Below are positions 50,791 through 64,000 of a stretch of DNA of 64,000 nt, piece after piece. This stretch comes from Octopus sinensis (Eukaryota): positions 58,280,001-58,344,000 of the forward strand of contig NC_043002.1 of the NCBI RefSeq assembly GCF_006345805.1, written 5' to 3'. Position 1 is the first letter of the stretch, and each line of letters begins with the position of its first letter. The notes beneath the pieces are model-generated. The model had not been told where the DNA came from. It saw nothing but the letters and a program-made list of their open reading frames with translations, and searched no databases. The position numbers and the translations under genes are program-made.

Positions 50791-51585
50791 TCCAGTCAAT
50801 AAATTTTCACATAAGTAGTAATCGGGATATCGTATTAAAATTACTATTATTATCAAAGACGTCCAACAGTATACAATATCGTGAGGTTGTGTATTGAAGA
50901 TATTGTGTCTACCGGGGGTTTATACTGTTTGTCAAGTCACAACAAGGACCTCAGACGACAGTACTTTATGCAATATGCGTGCAGTTCCAAATAATGCCGA
51001 CTTTTATAATACATCTAGGGTATTTCTAAGATTCAGATGTTTTATCAGATTGGGTGGTATTGAACCCATTGCTCCGATGACACTAGGGATAACCTTTATG
51101 TTCGACTCTCGTAGCTGCCACATCTTAGCGATCTCAATTCTCAGGTCTCCATATTTATCAACATTTTCTCTTTCTTTCATGATGATATGTTGATCTCCTG
51201 GCACTGCCACGTCGATTATTAGGCACTCTTGTTTGTCTCTGCTAAAGGTTACTACATCCGGCCTTCGGTGCGCTAACACTTTGTCTGTCTAGAAATCAAA
51301 GTCCCGGGGGGAGGGGAGGTGCCTTCCCTTTTTCATCCATTACCTTTTTCGGTGTATGTAAACTCATATCCATACTTACGGCATAGTAGACAGTGGAAGT
51401 TATGGGTTACTTTGTCGTGTCTACGCTCGTACTCTTTCTGCGCAAAATTTTCACCAGCACTAACAATGTGAGTCACACTTTCAGCCCACTTCCCACACAT
51501 TCTGCAGAGTTCCAATGCTCTTGTGCGGTATATATTGTTTTTCAATGCGTTGGGAAATACATTTAATTCTTCATTGCCCACAGGG
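50790..51585 (-). mobile_element. 3' part of a second, divergent R4-like LINE, head-to-tail with the first
   Basis: CRMCGKWAESVTHIVS...RRHDKV, HRRPDVV...IIDVAVPGD, KSALFGTARILHKVL; short taataatagtaat tail abuts the next element. Confidence 0.85.
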
Positions 51586-52099
51586 GACTAAACATAGAGG
51601 AGGAAAACAAGGACAGCCAAAGAGATTAAGTCGATTAGATCGACCCCAGTTCGTAACAAGTACTTATTTAATCGACCCTGAGAGGATGGAAGGCAAAGTC
51701 GATCTCGGCGGAATTTGAACTCAGAACGTAACGGCATACGAAATACCTATTTCTTTACTACCCACAAAGGGCCAAACACAGAGAGGACAAACAAGGACAG
51801 ACAAACGGATTAAGTCGATTATATCGACCCCAGTGCTTAACTGGTACTTAATTAATCGACCCCGAAAGGATGAAAGGCAAAGTCGACCTCGGCGAAATTT
51901 GAACTCAGAACGTAGCGGCAGACGAAATACCGTGAAGCATTTCGTCCAGCGTGCTAACGATTCTGCCAGCTCGATGACTTAGAGCTGGAAATATAATCCT
52001 CATTAAAATATTAGTTCATGTGCGGGTGTGGGTGTGAAGGTGGATGTAAGAGAGAGAGGGAGAGAGAGAGTGTGTGTGTGTGTGTGTGTAAGACAGAAA

Positions 52100-54888
52100 A
52101 TATATGCATAAATGTAGGTATCAATCTATGTATGTGTGCGCAAGTATGTATGCATGCATGTATGTGTGTGTATGTATGTCTACGTGTGTGTATATATGTG
52201 TGAGTATATGTCTAAGTGTGTATGTATGTGTGTGTTATGCATGCATTCGCGTGTTTCTATGCATGTTTGTATATGTGTATGTATGTGCATGTATGTATGG
52301 GGGTATATGCATGTGTATGTATGTAAGCATGTGTGTATGTGTGCATGTATGTGTATATATGTGCGTGTATGTATGCATGTATATATGTATGATGTATGCA
52401 TGCATGTATGTATATGTGAATGTATGCATGTATGTATGTATGTATGTATGTATGTATGTATGTATGTATGTATGTATGTATGTATGTATGTATGTAGGCA
52501 TGCATGCGCGCGTGTGTGTGTATGTATGTATGTGCGTACGCACGTATGTATGTGTGTCTACACCAGAGCGGCAATTAGTAACAAAACTTTCTCTTCCTCC
52601 CAATTTTTTCTTTTTATTTTTTTCCTCTTTCTTACTGACCGCGCCCTCTAGCTTTTTTCTTATATTTATTGCTTTTCTTTCTTCTCACCTAACTTTCCTT
52701 TCTTCCTGCATTCTTTCCTTTCTTCTTCCTTTCTTCCTTCTTTTTCTGGTCTTTCCCGTTCAAAAGAAAATTTTCTCACTCATCAGGTTTTCGAACAATT
52801 TGAGGAAAACGTTTGTCATTATTTATTGATTTATTTATTTCCTTCTAACTTTATTTATTATTTGATTGATCTATGTTGCTTGGAAGGCAGGCAAAGGAAC
52901 ATGAGACGCCCTTTATATTTAGAACACTTTTCCCTGAAACTCCTCTAAGTCTCTTCCTAACTGTATACATAACCTTTCGGTCACGTAAATTAGTTAACAG
53001 CAGTTACGTCTCTTTGTAAAATGATTAGGAAGTCCCGGGTTTGTGAATGTATTGGGTTGGCAACTAAGTTCCCGCCGTTTTTTAAAATTTAGATTTTTTA
53101 AAAAGTTTAATAAAAAATAACAACTAATTAATCAATAATGTATTCATCCTTGTTGTTTACAACTTCTTCCCAACACTCAACAAGATTTTCAATACCTCGT
53201 TGGTAGAAATCATCCGATTTCGACTCGAAAAATTGATCCAACCAACCTCTCAATTCTACATCTGTATTGAACGACACAGCACATAGCATTCGAAAGAGAT
53301 CGAAAGAGGTGGAAATCCGTTGGTACCAAATCAGGAGAGTACGGTGGGTGTGGCAGCACTTCCCAGCCATGCGTTTGAATGGCTTCTTTGGTCATATTGG
53401 CGATATGAGGGCGGGCGTTGTCGTGCAGCAGAAGAACTCCATGCTGCCGATTAGGTCTTTTCTCTTGAATAGCCGTGTTGGGTCGTTCCATCTGTTGAGC
53501 ATAGAGTTCCGCGTTGACCGTTTGGTTCCGTTCAAGCAATTCTTAATGGATGATCCTTTCCCAGTCTCACCATACGCACAACCTCGTTTTACGCGGATGA
53601 ATAAATTGTTTCACACGCGGTGTAACTTGTTTACCGGGGCTAAGCCATTCCTTGCGCTGCTTCATATTGATGTACACGCACCATTTTTCGTTGCAAATAG
53701 CGATTCGGTAAAGAAATCTTTGCTTGTGTCCATGAGTTGAGCGTTGACGTGCAAGCAAACCAGCGGAAATTGTGGCTCATTGATTTTTGTTGTTGTCACT
53801 TAAAGCATGCGGAACTCATGCTCCATACTTCTGAACCTTTCCCATCGAGTGAAGATGCTTCTCTATAGCAGTGTGGGAGTATTCCATTTTCTCTGCCAGT
53901 TCCCTTGTCGTTTGACAAGAATTTTCGCGCAAAATTTGGTTTAATCGCTCTTCATCGACTCCAGTTGGACGGCCAGAACGAGGTGCATCTTGGAGGTCAA
54001 AATTTCCACTTTTTTTAACTTGGCATACCAACCACGAGCGGTTCTTTCAGCTATGGCACCCTCTCCATACAAAGCACAACGGTTGCGAGTAGCTTTTGCG
54101 GCCTTAGAACCTTGATTAAGAGCAAAAAGGAGGTGTCGAAAATGCTCGTTTTTCTTCACTTGACATTCCATTTTAATGATCTGAAAATAAACAAAAATTA
54201 ACTAAAATTAGCTAGAAAAAAAATAGATTCCAAAATGATTAAAAAAATAGAATTCTCGGAAAAAATAGATTCCAAAATTTAAAAACGCAATAAATTCCAA
54301 AATTTAAAAAGACGGCAGGAAGTTAGTTGCCAACCCAGTACATGCGTATGATTTTTATTCGAGGTTTGTTTAAATCAGGTGTTCTAAGGCATTTTTCCCC
54401 TGTGGACACCTTTGATCATTATTCTATTCTGGTAGACACTAGAGCCATTCCATGATTAAAAATAAAACTAGTTTTACAGAAACTTCTTTCAAAATTCCTA
54501 TTTCGTTTTTCACACATTCACTTGTGTAGGTTGAACACTTTAAAATGTTAGAGAAAGGAACCTGGCTGTTTCTTGCAATACATAACCAATACATACATCT
54601 AAAGCAAATTATTTTCAGGGTCCCTTCAGAGAACATTTAAGTTCTCTACCTAAGACTTTTTGAGTTCTCTGTGTTTGCAAATGTATGGTTGATTTGGCGT
54701 CTTGACCGAAGAGTGCCGGCTGTGTGCATCTATTCAACTAAGATCAAAAATCTTTAGAATGTCTTACAGACCTTCACTGTGTCGCCAATAGATCGGATTT
54801 GCAGAATCCGCATCAGTCGCTTTTGGTCTTTCTTGAAAAAGAAAAACAAGTATTTCTAGGTTTTCGTGTATGTATAAATGTATGTATG

Positions 54889-54920
<32 letters not shown>

Positions 54921-55300
54921 TGTATGTATGTATGTATATGTATATATGTATGTATGCATGTATGTATGTATGTATGTATGAACATATATGTATGTGTGTA
55001 TATATATATGTATGTATGTATGTATGCATGTATGTATGTATATGTATGTATGTACATGTATGTACGTATGAACGTATATGTATGTGTGTATGTACGTATG
55101 TATATGTATGTGTTTGTATGCGTGTATGTATATATGAAATGTAATGTAGTATGTATGTATGTTTGTATGTATGTATGTATGTATGTAATGCTTGTATGTA
55201 TGTAATGCATATATGTACGTATGTATGTATATATATATGTATGTATATATGTATGTATGTATGTGTGTTTGGATGTATCAATCATCGTGTATATGTATGT
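52100..55300 (-). repeat. Inverted copy of the ~1.19-kb tandem unit seen at 62295-63840, split by a mariner
   Basis: 52550-53050 and 54340-54870 are reverse-complement matches to parts of 62330-63840; (TACA)n blocks at both ends. Confidence 0.85.
53052..54338 (-). mobile_element. Full-length (1287 bp) pseudogenised mariner
   Basis: TIRs ttgggttggcaactaagtt / agttagttgccaacccag with TA at 53050-51 and 54339-40; transposase fragments from 54171 (NEHFRHLL), APRSGRP, ICNEKW, HDNARPH, YSPDLVPTDFHLF. Confidence 0.95.
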
Positions 55301-55458
55301 GTCTAGGTGTACACACACGGCGCGAAAGGTATTTCAGGGTGAACTTGGTAATTTAATAAAACAACTCTAATCTGGCAAAAAAGCAATACATTTTAATAAT
55401 AATTTATGCACATGTATGTATTTGTGTGTGTGTGTGAGTGTGTGTGTGTGTGTGTGTG

Positions 55459-55489
<31 letters not shown>

Positions 55490-55964
55490 AATGTATGTAT
55501 GTATGTATATTTATCTATATATATATGTGCGCAGGCTTTATTTAACTATATACACGTTTCTGTGTTAAAGAGATGTAAAAAGATGCAAAATCATATATTT
55601 ACTCACTTATTCCCTTCTTCAGTATAGTATTTCAATTTTGAATTTGAGAACACTGATAATTAACATACGTACTTGACCATGCGCCATCGAATAGCATATA
55701 TCCAAAAACCAGTACTTCCGAATTCAAACAGACGAATGAGATCTCGCATTCTTCCTCAATCACCCACGTGTGCCACGAGTAATTCCGCAGAAACTGCAGT
55801 TTACTCTCAGGGAGTGAATTATGTTATCAATAATAATAAAGTGTAAAATTAATTAATCAATTCATAATTAATAATTTTACCAAGTAGTTCGGTATGTAAA
55901 AGAACCATTATCGATTACCTTATACAAAAATTCTATAATTATAAGCATAATTATAATTAGGATT

Positions 55965-56165
55965 CCCTCTGCCAACGTGCAAGAATCCACAGGCAACATA
56001 TCCGACAAGAAGAATTACGCAAGATTCCATTAAGTAAGCATCTGGAAATATGCGGCGATGGAAAATTAAAAATTTTTCCTTTTACAAATGTGCATGGGAC
56101 GATCCGCAATACCGAAAACAGTGGAACTACATTTCATCAAAAAATTCTCTCAAAAGTTGAATGTT
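55965..56165 (+). pseudogene. Penelope-like GIY-YIG C-terminal fragment
   Basis: QRARIHRQHIR / IPLSKHLEICGDGKLKIFPF / ELHFIKKFSQKLN across frameshifts. Confidence 0.65.
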
Positions 56166-56461
56166 TGAAAGAAAAGCAGAAACAGTACGTTTTGTAAGTG
56201 TTATACTAATGTTCTCTAACGCAAAATCATGGAATTAAAAGAGGCGTGATCGAAGTTACATTGTATAAACTTGGACATATTCCCAACTACACACACACTT
56301 CATCAAGGAATCTTCCCTAACATTAAATGCTTGAAGGTAAAGTGGAGAATTTGAATTCTTTATTCCATATGTGGCTCATCACTATAAATGTTCAGACATA
56401 TCTATGTGTAGCATTGGGATGTTCTAACTTTACGTATGTGTGTGTGTGAGTGTGCACAAAC

Positions 56462-56544
<83 letters not shown>

Positions 56545-56551
<7 letters not shown>

Positions 56552-57010
56552 AGTATATTTGCCACTGAAATGTGGCTAACCCTTAAGGGTGGATGCTACT
56601 GTAGCTTGTAGCCCCAAGAAGACATCTCCTCCAACTGGCTATTATCACACTTTCTGTACCCTATCAGTATTTGCAAAGAGAAGTCATCCTTCCCATCTCC
56701 AACCTGATGTGATACACACGGTCCCGAGTTTCTGGGTATTGACCCGTCATCAGCGTGTTGTCGATGTGAAGTGGTTCCCAATGCAAATATCTATATATTC
56801 TTTTTCCAGTGACGAAAAGTCACTGACCTCGAAAAAGTGTAAATAAGCAATAATAAATCTCTGAGTGAGCTATAAGCCAGCTGGAGGATATGTCTTCCTG
56901 GGGCTACAAGCTACAGTAGCATCCACCCTTAGGGGTTAGCCACATTTAAGTGGCAAATATTCTTCACGATGTCGTGCAGTTACTGTATATACCTCGCTCA
57001 GAGATTTATT
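56545..57010 (-). mobile_element. Retrozyme-like element with ~95-bp inverted repeats and a damaged hammerhead (56716-56758)
   Basis: IRs about 56548-56640 and 56875-56968; - strand acacg-CUGAUGA-cgggt caat accca-GAAAC-ucgg-GAC-cgtgt (lacks the NUH U); end motif ctcagagatttattat shared with 26441-27248. Confidence 0.7.
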
Positions 57011-57015
57011 ATATA

Positions 57016-57153
57016 CTAGCAGTATAACCCGGCCTTGCCCGGGATTAAGTTAGGATTATTAAGCTAATCAAGTTCTTTATTTCAAACCAAACTAAGTAAT
57101 ATCGACGTCAAATTTGGGCGAAATTCGTTGAAATTGGTTATATATATATATAT

Positions 57154-57185
<32 letters not shown>

Positions 57186-57195
57186 GTGGGGGTTG

Positions 57196-57228
<33 letters not shown>

Positions 57229-57854
57229 AATATAATATTAAATAATATAATATATATGGGCAACACACACGAACACACATACACACACGTACGTACGTAA
57301 ACCTATTGCATATGTTTTTTGCACGCATGTTCATAAACAGAAATGAATGGGAAAAACGTTGCTAAATTTGTAGATTAACACTCGCACGATTTTCACTAAG
57401 AAAAAAAATTGTTTTTTGCGTGAAATCTACTACTCTGGCATCCTAATATGCTACAAAACCCATTTTGTGGTCCGTGAAACGGAGTGGACAGTGGTGGAAG
57501 CCTCGGAAATTGTACCCATTTATATTACTGACAAACTGTTACCTACGTCTTTGTTTCTTTGTTGTTAAATAAATGGATTGTCAACAAAACACTTTTTTAC
57601 TCAGCGTAAAATAAAAAAACAAAGCTCTTTCGCACCCAAAGTAATGTGTTGAGAGAGTGGGGTAGAAAGATGAACGATTTAAAATAAATAAATGATTTAA
57701 AATAAATATATCGTAATTGTTGTGTGAGAAAGTATATATACTCTGATTATAAAATATAGGGTCTTTCAAAATCATCCTAAATTTGAACACTATATCTCGT
57801 GTTTAAGAAAAAACAAAACATTTTACATTTTATTTTTTATGAACGCTGTGACTT

Positions 57855-57886
<32 letters not shown>

Positions 57887-58036
57887 CTCTCTCTCTCACT
57901 TTGTCCTTACCTTGTTTTTTCTGTTAGACGCTGATCTCCCACTCTTCCTTACACATACTTTTTCTTTACTAGTTTTGTTAGACGTTGCGAAACACTCCCT
58001 CTCCCTACAGACACACACACATACATCAACACAACT

Positions 58037-58070
<34 letters not shown>

Positions 58071-58282
58071 TTTCGCTTGGCTATGGCTAGAAGGGACTTA
58101 ACTCATGTTTAGCAACCTTGAAATTAGGTAAAAGCTATGGCTGAAAATAGATTTTTCCCGGTATCCGCCGGTGCCTCGGAAAAAAAATAAGTTAACAAAA
58201 CCCAAGTAGGGTGCTGACGAAAGTCCTCCTAAAATTGGAGTGACATGCGTGCTAATTTGTGGACGTGCATAAATTACAATCA

Positions 58283-58325
<43 letters not shown>

Positions 58326-58346
58326 CCTGCCTTATATATATACAGA
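57016..58346 (-). mobile_element. Non-autonomous Helitron-like element (1331 bp)
   Basis: - strand starts A|TCtgtatatatataaggcagg(tg)n and ends CCCGG-gcaagg-CCGGG-ttatactg-CTAG|T; end architecture matches 1281-1805. Confidence 0.75.
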
Positions 58347-59446
58347 TATATATATATATATATTCGTTTTATTTTATATACTGATTGATTTTTCAAATTG
58401 TTAATTTGCAAATATTATACTAATGTATTTTCATGCAGAACTACACTTTACCAAAAAATTACCCACCAAAATAAATGTTTGGAAGGGATATATTCTAAAT
58501 ATAACTCAAAGACGAGTAAAAGAAAGAAAAGAGGAAAAAGGAAGGAAAAGGAAAAGAAGAATAGAAAGGAAGAAAAAAGAGCGGGAGAAAGAAAGCAAGA
58601 CTTTCAATGATGACCAAACCACACTTGTTTTTTATTTTTATATTTTATCTTTAATTTTTATTTATTTTTTTAAAGACGATCCATTGTTTGATGTCTCTAT
58701 GAAATCGCCGGGTTATATATTTTTGATACCCTCAAGGGAGTACCCATCTGTCTATCTGTCTGACTATCTATCTATCTATTTATCTATCTATCGATCTATC
58801 TATCTATTTATCTATTTATTTATTTATTTATTTATCTATCTATTTATCTATCTATCTATTTATTTATTTATTTATCTATCTATCTATCTATCTACTATCT
58901 ATCTATCTATCTATCAATCAGCCAATCTACCTATCTATCCAACTCCATTGTCTTGGAACCTCCCCCCCCCCCAAAAAAAAACAATGTTCTCTTCTAAACA
59001 AAACACCCCAAAAACATCTGTCTTATATAAATGAACAAGCTGTTTGTACATTCACAAAATCATATTTGACAAGTTCTAGAGGGGAATGAAATAAAGGATT
59101 TTTTCCAAAATTCTGACGACATTTTTTTCTCAATATATATTTTTTTTTTTTTTGTTGATCCGACCTATATATATATATATTTAAAAATTAAGGATAACTT
59201 CTTAATAAGGAATCTTAATAAGAAATTATCAGGTAGTTAGCGTGAAAAACCTCATAAGAGAAAAAAATTCGAAAATAATTTTTTTTTCCTTTTGAAAATA
59301 TTAATTTATATTGTATAGAGGGCATTATTACACGTAAATGCCTCACACTAAGAGGGACATAAGTCATTACTACCAAAATTTCACTAAAATTTCACTAATC
59401 GTACCTAATGCAGTTTTCAAAGCAGGACAATTAAAAAATGAATTTA

Positions 59447-59509
59447 GTTCTATATCACCTGTGATTTCACACTTAACGCATCAAATACGTCTATGTTCAT
59501 CAGTAGAAC
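59447..59509 (-). ncRNA. Type I hammerhead ribozyme motif
   Basis: Reverse strand: gttcta-CUGAUGA-acat...gtgt-GAAA-tcac ag gtga-UA-tagaac (AUA triplet); all stems pair; lies within a direct plus inverted duplication (59187-59872). Confidence 0.75.
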
Positions 59510-59865
59510 TGATTCTGAACACATCATAAATAAACGATCAATATACCTGGCGAAGTCGAACAGACATCTGCTCTCTCCGGCGAAGCACATGGAAATGTTT
59601 ATAAATCCTATATTCGGTAAATGGCGGGCTTTCTCGAACTGCATGTCGGATAGGAAAAGTATTTCTTCGGAATAAATTTAACAATTAAGGATAACTTCTT
59701 AATAAGGAATCTTAACAAGAAATTATCAGGTAGTTAGCGTGAAAAACCTCATAAGAGAAAAAAATTCGAAAATAATTACGAATTAGGTACGATTAGTGAA
59801 ATTTTGGTAGTAATGACTTATGTCCCTCTTAGTGTGAGGCATTTATGTGTAATAATGCCCTCTAT

Positions 59866-59923
<58 letters not shown>

Positions 59924-61280
59924 TACACATATATACGTATACATATACACAGAATAGGCGCACGCGTGGCTATGTGGTAAGTAGCTTGCTTACCAGCCAC
60001 ATGGGTCCAGGTTCAGTCCCACTGCGTGGCACCTTGGGAATGTGTCTTCTACTATTGCCTTGGGTCGACCAAAGCCTTGTGAGTGGATTTGGTAGACGGA
60101 AACTGGAAATAAATTAGTAAAGACAGGATTTCTAACAACGTTTTACTGTGCAATTTTTAAACAAGTTTCTTGGCCAGAATGCACCATTGTACAAGGGCCT
60201 ACATTGCAAGAGGGGGTCCTCATTAGAAACTACTGGTGTAAATCACAATTTTCCAGGGCTCCCGAAAATTACAGCATTTACAATTTACAACATTTCATGG
60301 ATCTTTTCTGTTTGGCTAGCAAGATTTCAAAAATCAAAGTTAATTAAAAATTTAAAAATTTGGTACATTAATGTAGATTTCCAAGCTGAATTGCTGGAGT
60401 TTTTAAAAGTTATAGAGGTTTAAAGTTTGATGATTTTTCACCCAGCTAGGAAACAGGATTTGGAAGCTGTCATTTTGTGCGTGACTGCACATTTTGTCAA
60501 CATCCTGAAAATAGCACTTGTGTTTTTATATGAAATTGTAAACAAATGAAATACGCACAGAATATAACTTCTTATAACCTTTTTTTGTTTTTGAGGTTTT
60601 TGAGAGCATTTTTTATTGTACACGAGGGACTTCGTGCGATTATGCGAAAATAAAAAATATATTGTGGGGGTGCGTGATTTAAGGCTTATTCCTATTTGGT
60701 TGCTATTTTTAGCACATATAACAACCATCTCAACGACCGGAACATATTAGTCAATACGTGCTTTCTCGCAAACAAAAGAGTTCTCATGTTCGTCTTGTTA
60801 CTTTGGAAACCGGCATGAATGTGTCTGTGGCTTGCGATTGGCTAAAATTACCCAAAATTTTTAAACGTTAATAGCTAATAATTCTTTATCTATTGATTTA
60901 TGGCGAAAATTATTTACGTGGCATTCATTAGCCTATAAAAATGTTTCATTACACTGAATATGAATTCAGTTCGAACAGAAATTGACCTTGGCAGCCAAAC
61001 AGAAAAAATAGCATTTCTTCTGTGGACCTCCAGAAATCTTATATGGAGACCCGGTGTCCATATGGACCTCGATTGAGAAGCCTTGCGTTAGATGCTTGGA
61101 CGTGTGGATAACTTTTTGCCCAACACACCGTCTCAATTGTATCTCTCTACTTAATTTATTGCTTGTAATCTGCATTACACCCTTATTTATGTGGTATTCA
61201 ACTGATGTACCATTGAATTGGATCTTTTACACACCCCTTTGAAGGAATTCCTTTCCTCAATTTTTTACTATATATGTATT

Positions 61281-61354
<74 letters not shown>

Positions 61355-61446
61355 TATATATATAATAAAATATTAGGGAATAAATCCAAACTTACAGGGA
61401 AAAATCAGATTTAGGATTGAATCCAATTTTATAGTAAAATATTATA

Positions 61447-61854
61447 TTATATTAAATTAGAGATAAAACCACTATTAGGCAAATCATACAATGAAAAACT
61501 TAAGCCAATACATAAGATTAATTAATTTATATTATTTTAAATATATATCAAAATTATTAAAAAAAGATAATTAGTATAACACTACGATCGTTTCATGGGT
61601 GTCCAATTCGAGTTACAGTCATTCTTCAGGTGATTGAAATATTTAACTTGGCGAGGTTTAATCAATGATTAAACCTCGCCAAGAATGACTGTAACTCGAA
61701 TTGGACAGCCATGAAACGATCGTAGTGTTATACTAATTATCTTTTTTTAATAATTTTGATATATATTTAAAATAATATAAATTAATTAATCTTATGTATT
61801 GGCTTAAGTTTTTCTTTGTATGATTTGCCTAATAGTGGTTTTATCTCTAATTTA

Positions 61855-61860
<6 letters not shown>
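61447..61860. repeat. Foldback of the AT-rich terminal family, with an inner perfect 18-bp hairpin and a - strand hammerhead (61578-61634)
   Basis: Arms about 61447-61627 and 61681-61860; inner hairpin 61647-61664 / 61666-61683. Confidence 0.85.
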
Positions 61861-61953
<93 letters not shown>

Positions 61954-61993
61954 ATGTATATATATATATATGTGTGTGTATATATATATATAA

Positions 61994-62025
<32 letters not shown>

Positions 62026-62074
62026 GCATACATATACATATATATGTAAATATACATATACAAATATATGTATG

Positions 62075-62143
<69 letters not shown>

Positions 62144-62294
62144 TATATATATACGGAGGGATTCTTTCGGGTTCTGTCTATCAAATCCACTCACAAGGTT
62201 CTGGTAGGCCCGAGACCATAGTTGAAGTCTCTTGCTCAAGTGTCACGCAGTGAGACTGAGCTTGGAACTATGTGGTTGGGAAGCAAGCTTATCG

Positions 62295-63840
62295 CAACAC
62301 AGCCTCTCCTACTTACGTAGTTACTTAGGTAAGTTTGGGAGAGAAGGGGTCCAAATATAAACTGATCGGGTTTCTCAGGTTTCTTTACCTGTCGTCCAAA
62401 CACATAACTCAATCAAATAAAAAAAATAAAGAAAGAAAGAAATGAATAAAAAAAAATAGATAATAACGAAATCGAAAGAGCGAATCAAAAATTCACTTTT
62501 TCCTAAAATTGTTCGAAAATCTGATGAGTAAGAAGGTTTTATTTTGAACGGGAAATACCAGAAAGGAAGGAAGGAAGAAAGAAAGGAAAGAATGCAGGAA
62601 GAGAAGAAAGTTAGGTGAGAAGAAAGAGAAGTAGTAAATATAAGACAAAAGCTAGAGGGCGCGGTCAGTGAAAAAATAAAAAGAAAACAAAAATTGGGAG
62701 AAAGAAAAAGTTTTGTTACTAATTGCCGCTCTGGTGTAGACACACATACATACGTACGCACGCACATACATGCATACATACATACATACATACATACATA
62801 CATACATACATACATACATACATACATACATACATACATACGTACATACATACATACATACATACATATACATGCATACATACATACATATACGAAAACC
62901 TAGAAATACTTGTTTTTCTTTTTCAAGAAAGTCCAAACGAGACTGATGCAGATTCTGTAGATCCGATCTATTAGCGGCACAGTGAAGGTCTGTAAGACAT
63001 TCTAAAGATTCTTGATCTGAGATTCTTTAGATGAATAGATGCACACAGCCGGCACTCCTCGGTCAAGACACTAAATCAACCATACATTTGCAAACACAGA
63101 GAACTCAAAAAGTCTTAGGTAGAGAACTTAAATGTTCTTTGAAGGGACCCTGAAAATAATTTGCTTTAGATGTATGTATTGGTTATGTATTGCAAGAAAC
63201 AGCCAGGTTCCTTTCTCTAACATTTTAAAGTGTTCAACCTACACAAGTGAATGTGTGAAAAACGAAATAGGAATTTTGAAAGAAGTTTCTGTAAAACTAG
63301 TTTTATTTTTAATCATGGAATGGCTCTAGTGTCTACCAGAATAGAATAATGATCAAAGGTGTCCATAGGTGAAACAATGCCTTAGAACACCTGATTTAAA
63401 CAAACCTCGAAGAAAAATCATACGCATGTACATTCCCAATCATTTCACAAATGAGACACAACTGCTGTTTACTAGTTTACGTCATTGGAAGGTGTGTATG
63501 CAGTTACGTAGAGACTTAGATTAGTTTCAGGGAGAAGTGGTCCAAACATAAAATGACAGGACTTCTCGGGTTTCTTTGCTTGTCGTCCAAACACATAGCT
63601 CAATCAAATAATAAACAAAGATTGCAGGAAATAAATGAATAAAAAAAATAGATAATAACAAAATTGGAAGAGCGAATCAAAAATTCACTCTTTCCTAAAA
63701 TTGTTCGAAAATCTGATGAGTAAGGTTTTATTTTGAACGGGAAAGGCCAGAAAGAAAGGAAGAAAGAAAGGAAAGAATGCAGGAAGAGAAGAAAGTTAGG
63801 TGAGAAGAAAGAGAAGTAGTAAATATAATAAGAGATGAGG
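62295..63840 (+). repeat. ~1.19-kb tandem unit (about 1.3 copies) with an internal (TACA)n microsatellite
   Basis: Anchor gtccaaacacata at 62394 and 63585 (period 1191). Confidence 0.85.
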
Positions 63841-64000
63841 AATTATTTACATTATTTACATTATTTACATTTTACGGATATTTGTTCATAAAACCCACTT
63901 CTTGTCGATATATATATAAGTGTCCATAATGAAGTAGGTAGTCTCTACACAGAAGGTCAACATTTCCATCAAGTTTCAAAGCTGTGACACGTGGAGATAT

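Noticed and set aside
54439-54636. Duplicated 65-aa ORF (also 63132-63329) as a conserved gene
   Set aside because: Both lie in copies of the 1.19-kb repeat; similarity reflects DNA duplication, and there are no splice or domain features.

Overview
AT-rich, repeat-dense eukaryotic genomic DNA. The SINE families, mariner relics and microsatellite load suggest an octopod cephalopod (inference, not verified). Almost all entries in the ORF track are microsatellite or transposon artefacts. The main result is a five-exon + strand gene that the ORF track does not assemble (CDS 32159-32168, 37576-37745, 38863-38988, 40137-40355, 41942-42097; 681 nt; 226 aa). All four introns are GT-AG, each donor is GTAAGT, and the intron phases are 1-0-0-0. 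It encodes a signal-peptide protein with four predicted amphipathic helices, a C-x7-C pair after helix A and four N-glycosylation sequons. It is preceded by a TATA box and a consensus kappa-B site and followed by AUUUA-rich sequence. This combination suggests a long-chain class I helical cytokine (IL-6/G-CSF/GH-prolactin superfamily) in a mollusc; the fold is inferred and needs structural testing. The second theme is a high density of type I hammerhead ribozyme motifs from several Penelope-like/retrozyme-like families. These include a ~474-bp tandem array, foldbacks carrying ribozymes on both strands, and a U3-A8 covariant core. The remainder comprises decayed mariners, an RTE LINE, R4/Dong-like LINEs in (TAA)n tracts, Helitron-like elements, SINEs and satellites. 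All structures and translations were read by eye; repeat boundaries are approximate unless stated.
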